Positions 18,190 to 27,931 of a DNA stretch of 32,000 bases are shown piece after piece. The DNA lies in assembly GCF_000092105.1 (NCBI RefSeq), contig NC_014148.1, forward strand, positions 2,850,001 to 2,882,000. Direction: 5' to 3'. How positions within the stretch are numbered: position 1 is the first letter of the stretch; each line of letters opens with the position of its first letter. The translations under genes were made by a program, and so were the position numbers. Below the pieces are notes generated by a model that did no database searches, had not been told where the DNA came from, and saw only the letters and a program-made list of their open reading frames with translations. This DNA is from Planctopirus limnophila DSM 3776 (GTDB lineage: Bacteria; Planctomycetota; Planctomycetia; Planctomycetales; Planctomycetaceae).

Positions 18190-18477
18190 TTCCGGTTGCT
18201 CCTGCCGTTTTCGGTGGGATGACGCTTCTCGCGACAGCTCAATATGAAAGCACGTCCAGTGCCTTCTCGTCGTCAGCCTGCTAGACTGAATGAGTTCGAT
18301 TGTATTGTGTCAAAGTGGACGGGCTATTCCCAATCCCGTTTCAAAGAACTTGATTCGGGAAATGCCAGATTTTCCAGTCAAAAGAAAATTGTCCTCAGAG
18401 ACCACCCTGTGCTTTTGACTTGCTGGCTGCCTCAATCGAAGATAAATTATAGACAGAACGGTGCAACTGTTCTGCGT

Positions 18478-18552
18478 GGTGGTTTTAGCTCAGCTGGTTA
18501 GAGCGCCAGATTGTGGTTCTGGAGGTCGCCGGTTCGATCCCGGTAAGCCACC
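18478..18552 (+). tRNA. tRNA-His (anticodon GTG) with genome-encoded G-1; CCA not encoded
   Basis: Hand-folded cloverleaf with G-1 at 18478 and acceptor GTGGTTT/AAGCCAC. The D arm is GCTC-AGCTGGTTA-GAGC. The anticodon arm is CCAGA-TTGTGGT-TCTGG, the variable loop is AGGTC and the T arm is GCCGG-TTCGATC-CCGGT. The discriminator is C. Confidence 0.9.
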
Positions 18553-18557
18553 CCTCG

Positions 18558-18594
18558 AAGCCCTTGTCATGAACATTATGACAAGGGCTTTTGT
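18558..18594 (+). terminator. Intrinsic terminator after tRNA-His
   Basis: AAGCCCTTGTCAT (18558-18570), loop GAACATT, then ATGACAAGGGCTT (18578-18590), followed by TTGT. The 13-bp stem is perfect. Confidence 0.75.
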
Positions 18595-18658
18595 CTGCCA
18601 TAACCCTCGAACATGCCTTAACCCTTAAACATGTCTCTTCAGAACGATATTCGCCACC

Positions 18659-19600
18659 ATGAAGTGGGGCTTTCTCAATATCCATAAACCACTGCGAATG
18701 ACCTCACGCGATGTGGTCAGCAAAATCGAACGTGCTGTTCGCCCCCTGAAGGTCGGGCATGCTGGAACTCTCGATCCACTCGCAGAAGGTGTTCTGGTCA
18801 TTGGAATCGGCCCGGCAACTCGTCTGACGGAACACGTTCAGGCGTTGCCCAAAGGATATTCTGCCACCTTCCATCTCGGGCAAACCACCGAAACAGACGA
18901 TGCCGAGGGACAACTCTCGACCCAGGTCGATACGCAACATCTCACTCGCGAATTGATCGAACAGGAACTCACTCATTTTTGTGGCCAGATTCAGCAGATT
19001 CCCCCTCGCTTCAGTGCCGTCCATGTGGCGGGGAAAAGAGCTTATGACCTGGCCCGATCTGGGCAGGATTTTGAGCTGACGCCTAAAACGGTTGAGGTTC
19101 ATCAACTCGCGTTGACAAAGTACGCCAACCCGGACATCGAATTGCAGATCGAATGTGGCAGTGGCACTTACATTCGATCCCTGGCAAGAGATCTCGGGGA
19201 GAAACTTCAGTGCGGAGCCTATATGTCCGCACTGACACGCACACATATTGGACCATTTCACCTCGATAGCGCACTGCGGCTCGACAGCCTGCCGAATGGC
19301 TTCAGCCTGGCTGATCTCCAGCCGCTGTTGCTCCACCCCATGCTGGCATTTACTGAATCTCAGCGCTGGGTGGCCACGCGCCAGGCCGTCGTAGATCTGC
19401 AGCATGGCAAAAACATCTCAGGTGATGCTTTGCAGGCCCTGCACTCAACGGCAGAGAGTCAACCAGAGATTCCTGCCCATGTCTGCATCCTGAATGAAGA
19501 CCGGGAAGTGATTGCGGTCGCCGAGTTTTGCCCGCAGACGAAACTTCTTCGTCCGCGCATCGGCATCCCCAAACATTTCCTGGAGGCACACTCCTGCTGA
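18659..19600 (+). CDS. truB: tRNA pseudouridine(55) synthase
   Basis: GFLNIHKPLRMTSRDVV......L...KVGHAGTLDPLAEGVLVIGIGPATRL contains the catalytic Asp motif. QIPP.FSAV.V.GKRAYDLAR and GSGTYIRSLARDLG are also present. Confidence 0.9.
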   Translation: MKWGFLNIHKPLRMTSRDVVSKIERAVRPLKVGHAGTLDPLAEGVLVIGIGPATRLTEHVQALPKGYSATFHLGQTTETDDAEGQLSTQVDTQHLTRELIEQELTHFCGQIQQIPPRFSAVHVAGKRAYDLARSGQDFELTPKTVEVHQLALTKYANPDIELQIECGSGTYIRSLARDLGEKLQCGAYMSALTRTHIGPFHLDSALRLDSLPNGFSLADLQPLLLHPMLAFTESQRWVATRQAVVDLQHGKNISGDALQALHSTAESQPEIPAHVCILNEDREVIAVAEFCPQTKLLRPRIGIPKHFLEAHSC

Positions 19601-19706
19601 TGGATCGCATCAACAAAGTGATGTCTTCGTTGGGATCAGTCAAATTCTTCGCGTTGCGGCATTGAAGAATGTGAGGGAATCGAATGCCAAAAGCCCAAGG
19701 ATATCC

Positions 19707-20666
19707 TTATCTCAACACGCTGGATTCGGGTGGTTGCTGACTCAGGCGACGGGGTGCCGCTTCCGGTAACTCCGTCGTTGGCCCCCAGGTGGCGGCGTTG
19801 GCAGGACGCGGCTTGAAGGGCACAAACAATCGTTTCTCTCCATTGGCAGGCGCTGGGGATGCAGGATCGTCCCTCGTCTGCCGAGGAGTTTCCGCGATGT
19901 TTCTCGAGTTCCTGGTGACAGGGATTTTGAGTGTCATTCCGGTACGCACGCCATGAGCATCCCGCAACTGGTCTCGATTGGCATCAAAGATTTCCAGATA
20001 ACGACTTTCGCGTCCCAGGTATTTTTGTGAGAGCGACGATAATGTTTCACCCTTTTTGACGACATGAGTCACCATCGTGACGGCCTCAGAATCTGAGCTG
20101 CCAGCATCTCCCGGACGATAACCACTTGATCGTTGATAACGATCCATTCCCGTTGGATTGGCAGGCGACATATCGCCAGTGGCCTCAGTCAGTCCACGTT
20201 GGTCCTGGCGTTCGCTTCGAAAGCCTTGAGTTCCATTAGCTGATGGTGAACTACCGGTCTGTTTTGGCGCAACGGACTCCACTTCCAGCACATCATCAGG
20301 CCAGGGAATAGCCGGCAAATCCTGAGTCGTTTCGTCAGACGGACGGTTCATTGCCTGCTTAGGATTGTCGGTCGGCGCTACCGGTGCCTCGATCTTGCCA
20401 GACGCAGATCCTTCCCACGGATCATTTAACGGTGGAATGATGAGTGTATCATTGACGGGACGGGCGACCGTCCGGTCTGAAGCGCGGCTGGAATCTCCCA
20501 GGTAAGGCCTGAAGTTCTTCTCGGCAATCACAGCATCCAGTTCAACAACGTCGGAGATCACGGGAACTCCATCCATTGTTGAGCGTTCGTTTCGAAAGAA
20601 AAATGCCGCCACTGCTCCGATCAGCAGGACACCCAGGGCGAGACCGATTTTCTGGTCACGATGCAC
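19707..20666 (-). CDS. LysM domain-containing membrane-anchored protein
   Basis: The start is a GTG. The N-terminal TM helix is IGLALGVLLIGAVAAFFF, followed by a long Pro/Ser/Asp-rich linker. The C-proximal LysM is HVVKKGETLSSLSQKYLGRESRYLEIFDANRDQLRDAHGVRTGMTLKIP. Confidence 0.8.
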   Translation of the reverse strand: MHRDQKIGLALGVLLIGAVAAFFFRNERSTMDGVPVISDVVELDAVIAEKNFRPYLGDSSRASDRTVARPVNDTLIIPPLNDPWEGSASGKIEAPVAPTDNPKQAMNRPSDETTQDLPAIPWPDDVLEVESVAPKQTGSSPSANGTQGFRSERQDQRGLTEATGDMSPANPTGMDRYQRSSGYRPGDAGSSDSEAVTMVTHVVKKGETLSSLSQKYLGRESRYLEIFDANRDQLRDAHGVRTGMTLKIPVTRNSRNIAETPRQTRDDPASPAPANGEKRLFVPFKPRPANAATWGPTTELPEAAPRRLSQQPPESSVLR

Positions 20667-20900
20667 GATCGTCTCCGATATTCTTGAGGGAATATCAGAA
20701 ACTTGCCCTCAAAACTGAGGCGAGCAGGTTCCGAGTGCCTTGGATTCGGCAAGAAGTGCAAGTCCGGCGAAACATGAATCGATTTTACGGACGAATCCGA
20801 AAGATCTGTTCAGAGAAACTCTTCCGTCCTGGTAAAGCTTGAGCAGCCATGTCGCCGCTCTTCCCTGTCAGGGCACGTGATCAGCGCATTTGGCAGCGAT

Positions 20901-22790
20901 TCAATCTGCCGCCACTTTTCCTGCCGTGGCTTCGAGTACAGCCGCTGGCCGAGTGATGGGTTTCAGCACAATCATGCCTAATGGTGGCAATGTCACCTGA
21001 ATAAACTGGCCATGCCCATGAAGTTGTCCGATTTCGCTGTAGACACCACCCGAGTTCCCTACATTCGAACCCCCGTAGTTACTGGAGTCTGTGTTGAGGA
21101 CTTCCTTGTAGAAGCCAGCTAACGGGACACCCACTTTGTAGTTGTGCCGGGGAATGGGTGTGAGATTCATCATGACAACCAGCAGATTCTCGGGATGACT
21201 GCCGTAGCGCACCCAGGAATAAACGCTGTTCTGATAATCATCAGCGCTGATCCATGAGAAGCCCTCTGCATCGCAATCGCCATAATGTAATGCCGATTCG
21301 GATCGATAGAGCTGATTCAAATCCGCAATAAGTTTCTGGATGCCGTGATGAAACTGGAATTTGGTCAGTTCCCAATCGAGTTGAGCATCATGATTCCATT
21401 CGGTCCACTGGGCGATTTCACCACCCATGAAGAGCAGTTTCTTGCCTGGTGTGGTGAACTGATAGCCATAAAGAACTCTCAGATTGGCAAACTGCTGCCA
21501 ATGATCTCCGGGCATCTGACTGATTAACGAGCGTTTGCCGTGCACCACTTCATCATGTGAGAGTGGCAGCATGAAGTTCTCAGTAAAGGCATACACCATC
21601 CGGAATGAGAGTTCGTTCTGATGATGCCGGCGATAAATGGGATCTCTGCGGAAATACCGCAAAGTATCGTTCATCCAGCCCATATCCCATTTGAAGCCGA
21701 AACCTAACCCCCCTGTATAAACAGGGCGGGAAACACCACCCCACGACGTCGACTCTTCAGCCACCATCAGGACGCCAGGAAAATCCTGGTGGATAACAAC
21801 GTTCAAATCTTTCAAAAACTGAATGGCTTCCAGATTCTCACGCCCGCCGAACATGTTCGGCATCCACTCTCCGGCTTTTCGCGAGTAATCGAGATACAGC
21901 ATAGAGGCCACGGCATCGACCCGCAGGCCATCCACATGGTAGACGTCCATCCAGAATCGGGCACTGGAGAGCAGAAAATCAGCCACTTCCGTGCGACCAT
22001 AATTGAAAATCAGAGTGCCCCAGTCGGGATGAAATCCTTTGCGGGGGTCAGCATGTTCATAAAGGGCGGTCCCGTCAAAATTTCCGAGCGAGTGTGCATC
22101 GGTCGGAAAATGAGCGGGGACCCAGTCCATGAGTACACCAATGCCGTGCTCATGACAGTAATCGACGAAGAACATGAAGTCGTGAGGCGTTCCAAATCGA
22201 CTGGTCGGCGCAAAATAACCCGTGGTCTGATAGCCCCATGAGCCATCAAAAGGATGCTCCGTCACTGGCAGCAACTGCAGATGGGTAAAACCCAATGGCT
22301 TGACGTATTCGACGAGTTGCACGGCCAGTTCACGATAATTGAAATACCGTCGCCCATCCGTTGGCCTCCGCCACGATCCCAGATGGATCTCGTAAACCGA
22401 GATGGGCTGCTCATAAATATTCTTCATTTCCCGCTGACGAATCCACTTTTCGTCATTCCAACGAAAGCCCGAAAGATCGGAAACGACAGATGCAGTCCGT
22501 GGTGGTAACTCGGCTGCAAAGGCATAGGGATCAGACTTTTCGAGTCTCAAGCCGGAGGCCGTCTTCAGGCTGTATTTGTAAATATCTCCGGGCTTGATCC
22601 CGGGAATAAAGCCCCGCCACACGCCATCATCACTGGATTGCAACCAGTTCTGCCCATGACTCCAGAAATTCAGATCAGCGATCACGCTGACTTCGCGGGC
22701 ATTCGGTGCCCAAACAGCAAAATGAGTCCCTAAAACCCCATCACGAATTTCCGGATGAGCGCCCAAATGCTTGTAATTCTGTGCGTACAT
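20901..22790 (-). CDS. glgB: 1,4-alpha-glucan branching enzyme
   Basis: It has the GH13 catalytic blocks [42 protein letters not shown] and [13 protein letters not shown], with an overall length of 629 aa. Confidence 0.95.
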   Translation of the reverse strand: MYAQNYKHLGAHPEIRDGVLGTHFAVWAPNAREVSVIADLNFWSHGQNWLQSSDDGVWRGFIPGIKPGDIYKYSLKTASGLRLEKSDPYAFAAELPPRTASVVSDLSGFRWNDEKWIRQREMKNIYEQPISVYEIHLGSWRRPTDGRRYFNYRELAVQLVEYVKPLGFTHLQLLPVTEHPFDGSWGYQTTGYFAPTSRFGTPHDFMFFVDYCHEHGIGVLMDWVPAHFPTDAHSLGNFDGTALYEHADPRKGFHPDWGTLIFNYGRTEVADFLLSSARFWMDVYHVDGLRVDAVASMLYLDYSRKAGEWMPNMFGGRENLEAIQFLKDLNVVIHQDFPGVLMVAEESTSWGGVSRPVYTGGLGFGFKWDMGWMNDTLRYFRRDPIYRRHHQNELSFRMVYAFTENFMLPLSHDEVVHGKRSLISQMPGDHWQQFANLRVLYGYQFTTPGKKLLFMGGEIAQWTEWNHDAQLDWELTKFQFHHGIQKLIADLNQLYRSESALHYGDCDAEGFSWISADDYQNSVYSWVRYGSHPENLLVVMMNLTPIPRHNYKVGVPLAGFYKEVLNTDSSNYGGSNVGNSGGVYSEIGQLHGHGQFIQVTLPPLGMIVLKPITRPAAVLEATAGKVAAD

Positions 22791-23419
22791 GAGGTTCCGT
22801 CAGTTATAAGTCGGCCACGTTAGAGGCGGCTTGTTCACTCTCCATCAGGCAGCACGGTATTCAACGATCAACTCGTTTCGCCACCATGATTCAAGTTCAC
22901 AGGCCATGAAATCATCTCATCAAAAAACCGCATACTTCGATGACGCAAGGTCTTATGTCAAGAATGCTGGGACTTTGAGGCACCTGTCTAGTTTGCATGA
23001 GCATCTAGCCTAGGGGAATCAGCAGTTTGGGAAAAGGAAGTTTTAGGGGGGAATCGGTCAGTTTCGCCTTAACTTTTTTTGCCCAGTCTACCTGACCATT
23101 CCATGACCTGAACGATTCTTTCGATTCTTTCAGTCAGGAGAGCCTTCCTGTGGTGGAAAAGTTACCCGGTGCTTTCCTCAGGATTTTTGTCATTTTTCCT
23201 AAAGCGAGCAGAAACAGGCCGCCTGTTGAAAATACCCGGTCATATTTGATCTGACATTGCACAGTGAAAACGATGTGCTGGGAAATCGATGATTCGGAAA
23301 CATTCCACCTGAATATTGATGAATCCTCTCTTCGGACACTTACTCCCAGCGAATGACTATTGCCCTCGACGTGAGGATCCGCTCTTCAATTTTGCCTGCT
23401 CATTTGAGATCTGGTGTTT

Positions 23420-24583
23420 ATGGCTACGGCCCCAGCACATCAACGAACGCGACATATGGTGCTGATTTTCGGCCCATTCGCGATCATCGGGTGCTGCTTC
23501 TGGCTGACCAGACCTCCGGCCCTCTCGCATGAGACATCTGCCTGGCAAAACCATCCGTCAACACTGGCAGCTTCGCCAGCCTCATCCGGATGGTGGCAGC
23601 CAGTCTCCAGTTTGTTCAACAGGGATCACAACGCCGAAAAACTCGATAAGGAGTCCCCGCCCCAGGAAGAAATCACCAAAGACGTACAGGAAGCTGCCAA
23701 TCAACTGCGCATTGAATTAGGTACCGACTTTCAAATCCTCGCTCGAGCCCCTTTTGTCCTGGCGAGCGATAGTTCCATGGAAGATCTGCAGTGGATCTAT
23801 GCGAATGTCCTGCTTCCGAGCCACCATGCCCTTTCCGTCAGCTATTTTGACGCACCAGTCAACAAACCCATCAAAATCATTCTGGTGAAATCGGCGGCAC
23901 GCTGGAATTCACTCCGTCCTCGCTGGCCAGGATTCAGACCTGTCGAATACGCAGGTTTTTATTCGCGAGATGATCACTGTATCGCCATCAATCTGGAAAC
24001 CGGGATCGGTTCATTAGCTCATGAACTGACGCATGCACTGATTCATAGTGATTTTGAAAACTGTCCTGAGTGGTTTGATGAAGGCCTCGCTTCATTGCAC
24101 GAAGAATGTGAATTCAACGAGACAGGCACAGCACTCAAAGGTCTGCCTAACTGGAGATATCAACATTTCCGCGAAGCACTCCATCGGTCAAAGGCTCCTG
24201 CGCTGAAAACATTGATCAGCCAGCCGTTTGCCGCGTCGAATTCTCCAGCCACCGAATATGCCCACTCGAGGCTGTTCTGCATTTACCTGCAGCAACAGGG
24301 AGTACTGGAATCGTTCTATAGGAGATTACGCCGGTCGACTGCCGCGAAAGATTCGGCCATCATTCTCTGTCAACTGACGAAAACCGTTGATCTCGACCAG
24401 CTGAATTCTCAATTTATCGATTGGGCCAGGACTCAAACGCAAGCATCTCAAACTGCTCTTCAAGAGCATCACGAAACTCTTTCAAAAACAGATGATGCTG
24501 TCTCTGATTCCACAAATAGCCCTCGGGTGCAGACAAAGCCATTTCTGGAACCAGCATCGAGTTTGAATCTGGAACTCGACTAG
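23420..24583 (+). CDS. Putative membrane-anchored zinc metallopeptidase (gluzincin / peptidase-MA-like; possibly DUF1570 family)
   Basis: HELTH is at 24020-24034, followed 15 residues later by E in WFDEGLA; this is the HExxH...W..EG.A arrangement of MA-clan peptidases. The N-terminal hydrophobic anchor is MVLIFGPFAIIGCCFWL. ATG is at 23420; the track start 23414 is a GTG. Confidence 0.6.
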   Translation: MATAPAHQRTRHMVLIFGPFAIIGCCFWLTRPPALSHETSAWQNHPSTLAASPASSGWWQPVSSLFNRDHNAEKLDKESPPQEEITKDVQEAANQLRIELGTDFQILARAPFVLASDSSMEDLQWIYANVLLPSHHALSVSYFDAPVNKPIKIILVKSAARWNSLRPRWPGFRPVEYAGFYSRDDHCIAINLETGIGSLAHELTHALIHSDFENCPEWFDEGLASLHEECEFNETGTALKGLPNWRYQHFREALHRSKAPALKTLISQPFAASNSPATEYAHSRLFCIYLQQQGVLESFYRRLRRSTAAKDSAIILCQLTKTVDLDQLNSQFIDWARTQTQASQTALQEHHETLSKTDDAVSDSTNSPRVQTKPFLEPASSLNLELD

Positions 24584-27369
24584 CGACGCTGCCCGGTTGC
24601 TCGGCGTCTCAAGATACTGAAGAGGTTTCTGTACCTTGTTGCCAAAGTCGGCTGAAGCTCAGGGGTATCAATCGCCTCCCCTGCTTCCTGCTCAGTATGG
24701 CCATCCATTTTCGAGAAAATTCTCTCGGCATCCTGCTGGGGATGAAATGCCTGCTGCTGAATTTCATTCATCCCGTTCATGATCTTGTCATCAGCATCAA
24801 GTACGGGATCATACTCATCGTGTGACAACGGATCTTCGCTCAGCAAAGATTCATCAGCCGGATTCAGCCAGTCCTCGGATTCGGTTTCTGCCCCACCCAG
24901 ATCGGCTTCCCAAGGCTCCAGAGCCTCTTCCGGAATCTTTTCCTGTTGGGGTAACTGGCTGCTGCCCAAGTTTGAACCTTGAGAGAGAACATTCAGAGCC
25001 GCCCGTGTTCCCTCGGCAAGATCCATCGCCTCAGCAGCCAGTGCCCGCTCTCGAATCTCATCCAGGTCACCAGCCACATACTTTGCCAGTCGTGCAGCCT
25101 GTCGGTCGGCAGGCGACATTTCCGAACGATGCTCTGCCATCGAGCTGATCTCGGCATACTTCCGATCCAACTCCTGAGTTTGTTCCGCTACCAGTTCTGA
25201 ATGGCGGCCTTCCGCGACATCGATCCAAGGCAGAATCTGATCAATGGCAGCGGCAATTCCTGTCTGCTCAGAATCGATCAAGCGATCAGGAGACGTTGTT
25301 TCGTCTGGCCCCGCCGACTCAGAGGCAGCGCTGGTCACCGCCTGTTCCGCTTCGGGAAGCGGCATCACGGGAATCATATCGTTGGTCATGGCAACTTCAA
25401 TCGGTCGCTCATGATTCTCGATAGCCTCGAACAGTTTTGTAGGATCTGAAAAGGGGACAAAATCCTGAGGAATTTGTGACACACCCCAGGAAGGATGGAC
25501 AAACAGACTGGATGGAACTTCGGTCTCTATGAATTCTGCTTCGAGACGATCGGCACCCTTCAGATCCGATGTCACATTCGATGATGAGGTCGATTTCAAA
25601 TGGTCTTCCGCTGCGCACAAAGCAGGATGTTCATCATTCGAAAGACCAATGGCACCGATGTCTCCGTGATTCGAGCTAAGGCTGCTCGAACCAGGACCCG
25701 TCGAAGTCTGTGGCAACTCAGGAGTATCGACCTGATCCAACAGCTTCCACTGACTGGAAAATGGCGTGTGCGGCCCTTTGATCTGATCCTGATCCGTGGC
25801 CAGACGCCACTTGGCCAGCATCCTTTCAAGACGCTGTTCGAGAGCTTCCTGTTCCGAAACTGGAACGGCTGAGTCATGAGTCGCAGCATCGCTGTCTTCG
25901 TGGTGGCCTGCATATGCTGGTAAGGCATCACTCAAAGCGTGCTCGTCGGATCTCGCCTGAGGATCCTCGAAATGACTTTCTATCTCATGGCTGGCAACAT
26001 CTTCCTGGCCAAAATCATCCATGGCGATGTCGTCAAACGTTTGCTGATGAATGGACGTTTCTTGTCGCTCGACAACCTGGGCTGAAAAGTGCTGCCCCTT
26101 GAGTTCAGGTTCAGAACTCATGGCGGACCAGTCATCAAACTTCCCTGGCAAGCCGGTTGTGGAAGACTGCGCCAGTCGAGAGGACTCCTCTGCGAACTCT
26201 TCTTCAATCGCCGAAAAATCATCCTGATCAGGCACTGCTGCCGGATGATTTTCTGTCTCCACTCCAGCACCAATCTCAATCGAAGAGAGTTCGAGTTGAT
26301 CCCAGTCATCAACGGCCTGACTCTCGGAAATTTTCCCAGTTTCAACGAGTTGCAAAGGATTAATGGCAGAGCTGTCAGCAAGCAGATGGCTCGCAGATTC
26401 AGTGTCGTTTTCGATAACAGCCGGAGAATTCACGGCATCATTGAGAGCTTTGTCGATGATCGAGTCGGTAGCTTCCTGCAGACTGGCCTGCTCATCAGCC
26501 AGACCCGACAGAGAAAGCTCAGCACTGCGCACCATTTTCAGTTGCCATGGCAAAGCCAGATGCTTGAGGTCGTTCAGTGCGTTTTCGACGATTGAGACAG
26601 AAACTGGCTTTTCTCCCAGAGCAAAGGCCAGGAGCAGGGCATGATCGGCCAACAGGCACAGACATCGTGGCGATCCACCACTCACTTCGGCAATCAGGGC
26701 AAGGGCATCTGGCGTGAAACATTCTTCGAGCCGACCACCTGCCCATGTCAGACGATAATCCAGAAACTCATGCGATTCAGCACGATTCAACGTTTCCAAT
26801 GCGGAATGCGTCGTGACTCGCTGTGCCAGAGATTGAAGTTCCGGAGTCGCTAAACGTTCTTCGAGCTCCAGTTGACCAGCCAGCAGTAACCTGACGACCG
26901 ATTGCCCATGAAAATGGAGATCACTGAAGGCTCTCAATTCTTCAATGATCTTGTCTTCCAGCAGATGAGCCTCATCACAGATGAGAAAAAACTGATGCCC
27001 CTGCTCGACCATTTGATTCAGGAAACGTTCAAACTCCTGTCGTAACTCCTGCTCGCTCAAGCGACTGAAAGGGAGTTCCAACTCGCCCAGAATGGTTTGC
27101 AGCAGCGAGCGGCGCGTCGCAAAACGAGGATGCCTTAGAAAGACGACGGGATGATCATTTCCCAACTCACGGGCAAATCGCTCGCACAACAACGTTTTTC
27201 CAACACCTGCCGCACCACTGAGTATCGCCACCCCTGCTCTTTCGCGCAGCCCCAGCAGGATCGCATCGTGAGCCTGCTGCACAAGCTCAGTCGGAAACCA
27301 GCAATTCGGATCTGGTGTCCCGACAAAAGGTCGGCGAGCCAGATGGAAAAACGCTTCATACATGTTCAA
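24580..27369 (-). CDS. ExeA/GspA-like AAA+ ATPase (AAA_22-type) fused to a ~650-aa acidic low-complexity C-terminal region
   Basis: The N-terminal ~270 aa begin MYEAFFHLARRPF...P. The Walker A motif GAAGVGKT is at 27193-27216 and the Walker B motif is FFLICDEAHLL. The rest is D/E/S/Q/A-rich with no TM segment and no recognisable domain. Confidence 0.8.
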   Translation of the reverse strand: MNMYEAFFHLARRPFVGTPDPNCWFPTELVQQAHDAILLGLRERAGVAILSGAAGVGKTLLCERFARELGNDHPVVFLRHPRFATRRSLLQTILGELELPFSRLSEQELRQEFERFLNQMVEQGHQFFLICDEAHLLEDKIIEELRAFSDLHFHGQSVVRLLLAGQLELEERLATPELQSLAQRVTTHSALETLNRAESHEFLDYRLTWAGGRLEECFTPDALALIAEVSGGSPRCLCLLADHALLLAFALGEKPVSVSIVENALNDLKHLALPWQLKMVRSAELSLSGLADEQASLQEATDSIIDKALNDAVNSPAVIENDTESASHLLADSSAINPLQLVETGKISESQAVDDWDQLELSSIEIGAGVETENHPAAVPDQDDFSAIEEEFAEESSRLAQSSTTGLPGKFDDWSAMSSEPELKGQHFSAQVVERQETSIHQQTFDDIAMDDFGQEDVASHEIESHFEDPQARSDEHALSDALPAYAGHHEDSDAATHDSAVPVSEQEALEQRLERMLAKWRLATDQDQIKGPHTPFSSQWKLLDQVDTPELPQTSTGPGSSSLSSNHGDIGAIGLSNDEHPALCAAEDHLKSTSSSNVTSDLKGADRLEAEFIETEVPSSLFVHPSWGVSQIPQDFVPFSDPTKLFEAIENHERPIEVAMTNDMIPVMPLPEAEQAVTSAASESAGPDETTSPDRLIDSEQTGIAAAIDQILPWIDVAEGRHSELVAEQTQELDRKYAEISSMAEHRSEMSPADRQAARLAKYVAGDLDEIRERALAAEAMDLAEGTRAALNVLSQGSNLGSSQLPQQEKIPEEALEPWEADLGGAETESEDWLNPADESLLSEDPLSHDEYDPVLDADDKIMNGMNEIQQQAFHPQQDAERIFSKMDGHTEQEAGEAIDTPELQPTLATRYRNLFSILRRRATGQRR

Positions 27370-27931
27370 ACATCCCTGTCGTTTCGTAGACCGGCCATCC
27401 TGGCCTGGTTTCCGCCCACGACCGCACGCGGCGGCACCAACCCGCGTATCAGTAAAATCGAGTTATTCGGGTAAGGCACTTGATAGCAATTGCATCAAGA
27501 AAAGCGTCAGGATCATGGCTGGGGTGTTCATTTCTGGCTGAAGAGTCTCTGTGTGGAACATTCTTGACTCGAAATGCGGGTTCAAAGAAAAAATTTTGAA
27601 CCCGGCGTGCCCGCATGTGTCCATTGACGGCAGAAGTTGCCACCAGACATCAATCCCTGGACACACAAGAGACTGGCGATGAATGAACTGCCAACAGGAC
27701 AAAACGTTTAGTCATCGAGCACACTTGGCGGCATTTCTCATCAGGCTGGCCAATTGGTTTCAAGATGGCCATTCTCATTAGCTTGGCAATAATTAATCAG
27801 ACTTATGACAAGAAAATGTCAATGCGGTCGTTATCGCTCCTTCAGAGCGTGTACCATGGAAGATCGCAGTTTGTCTTCGAAGCAGACCGAAAGCCGATCG
27901 ACGATAAAGACGTTATTGAAGCGGAATCAGG

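Noticed and set aside
18485-18685. 66-aa minus-strand ORF overlapping tRNA-His and its terminator
   Set aside because: It is explained by the tRNA gene. The ORF spans structured RNA and terminator sequence.
18704-19405. 233-aa ORF antisense to truB
   Set aside because: Shadow ORF inside truB.
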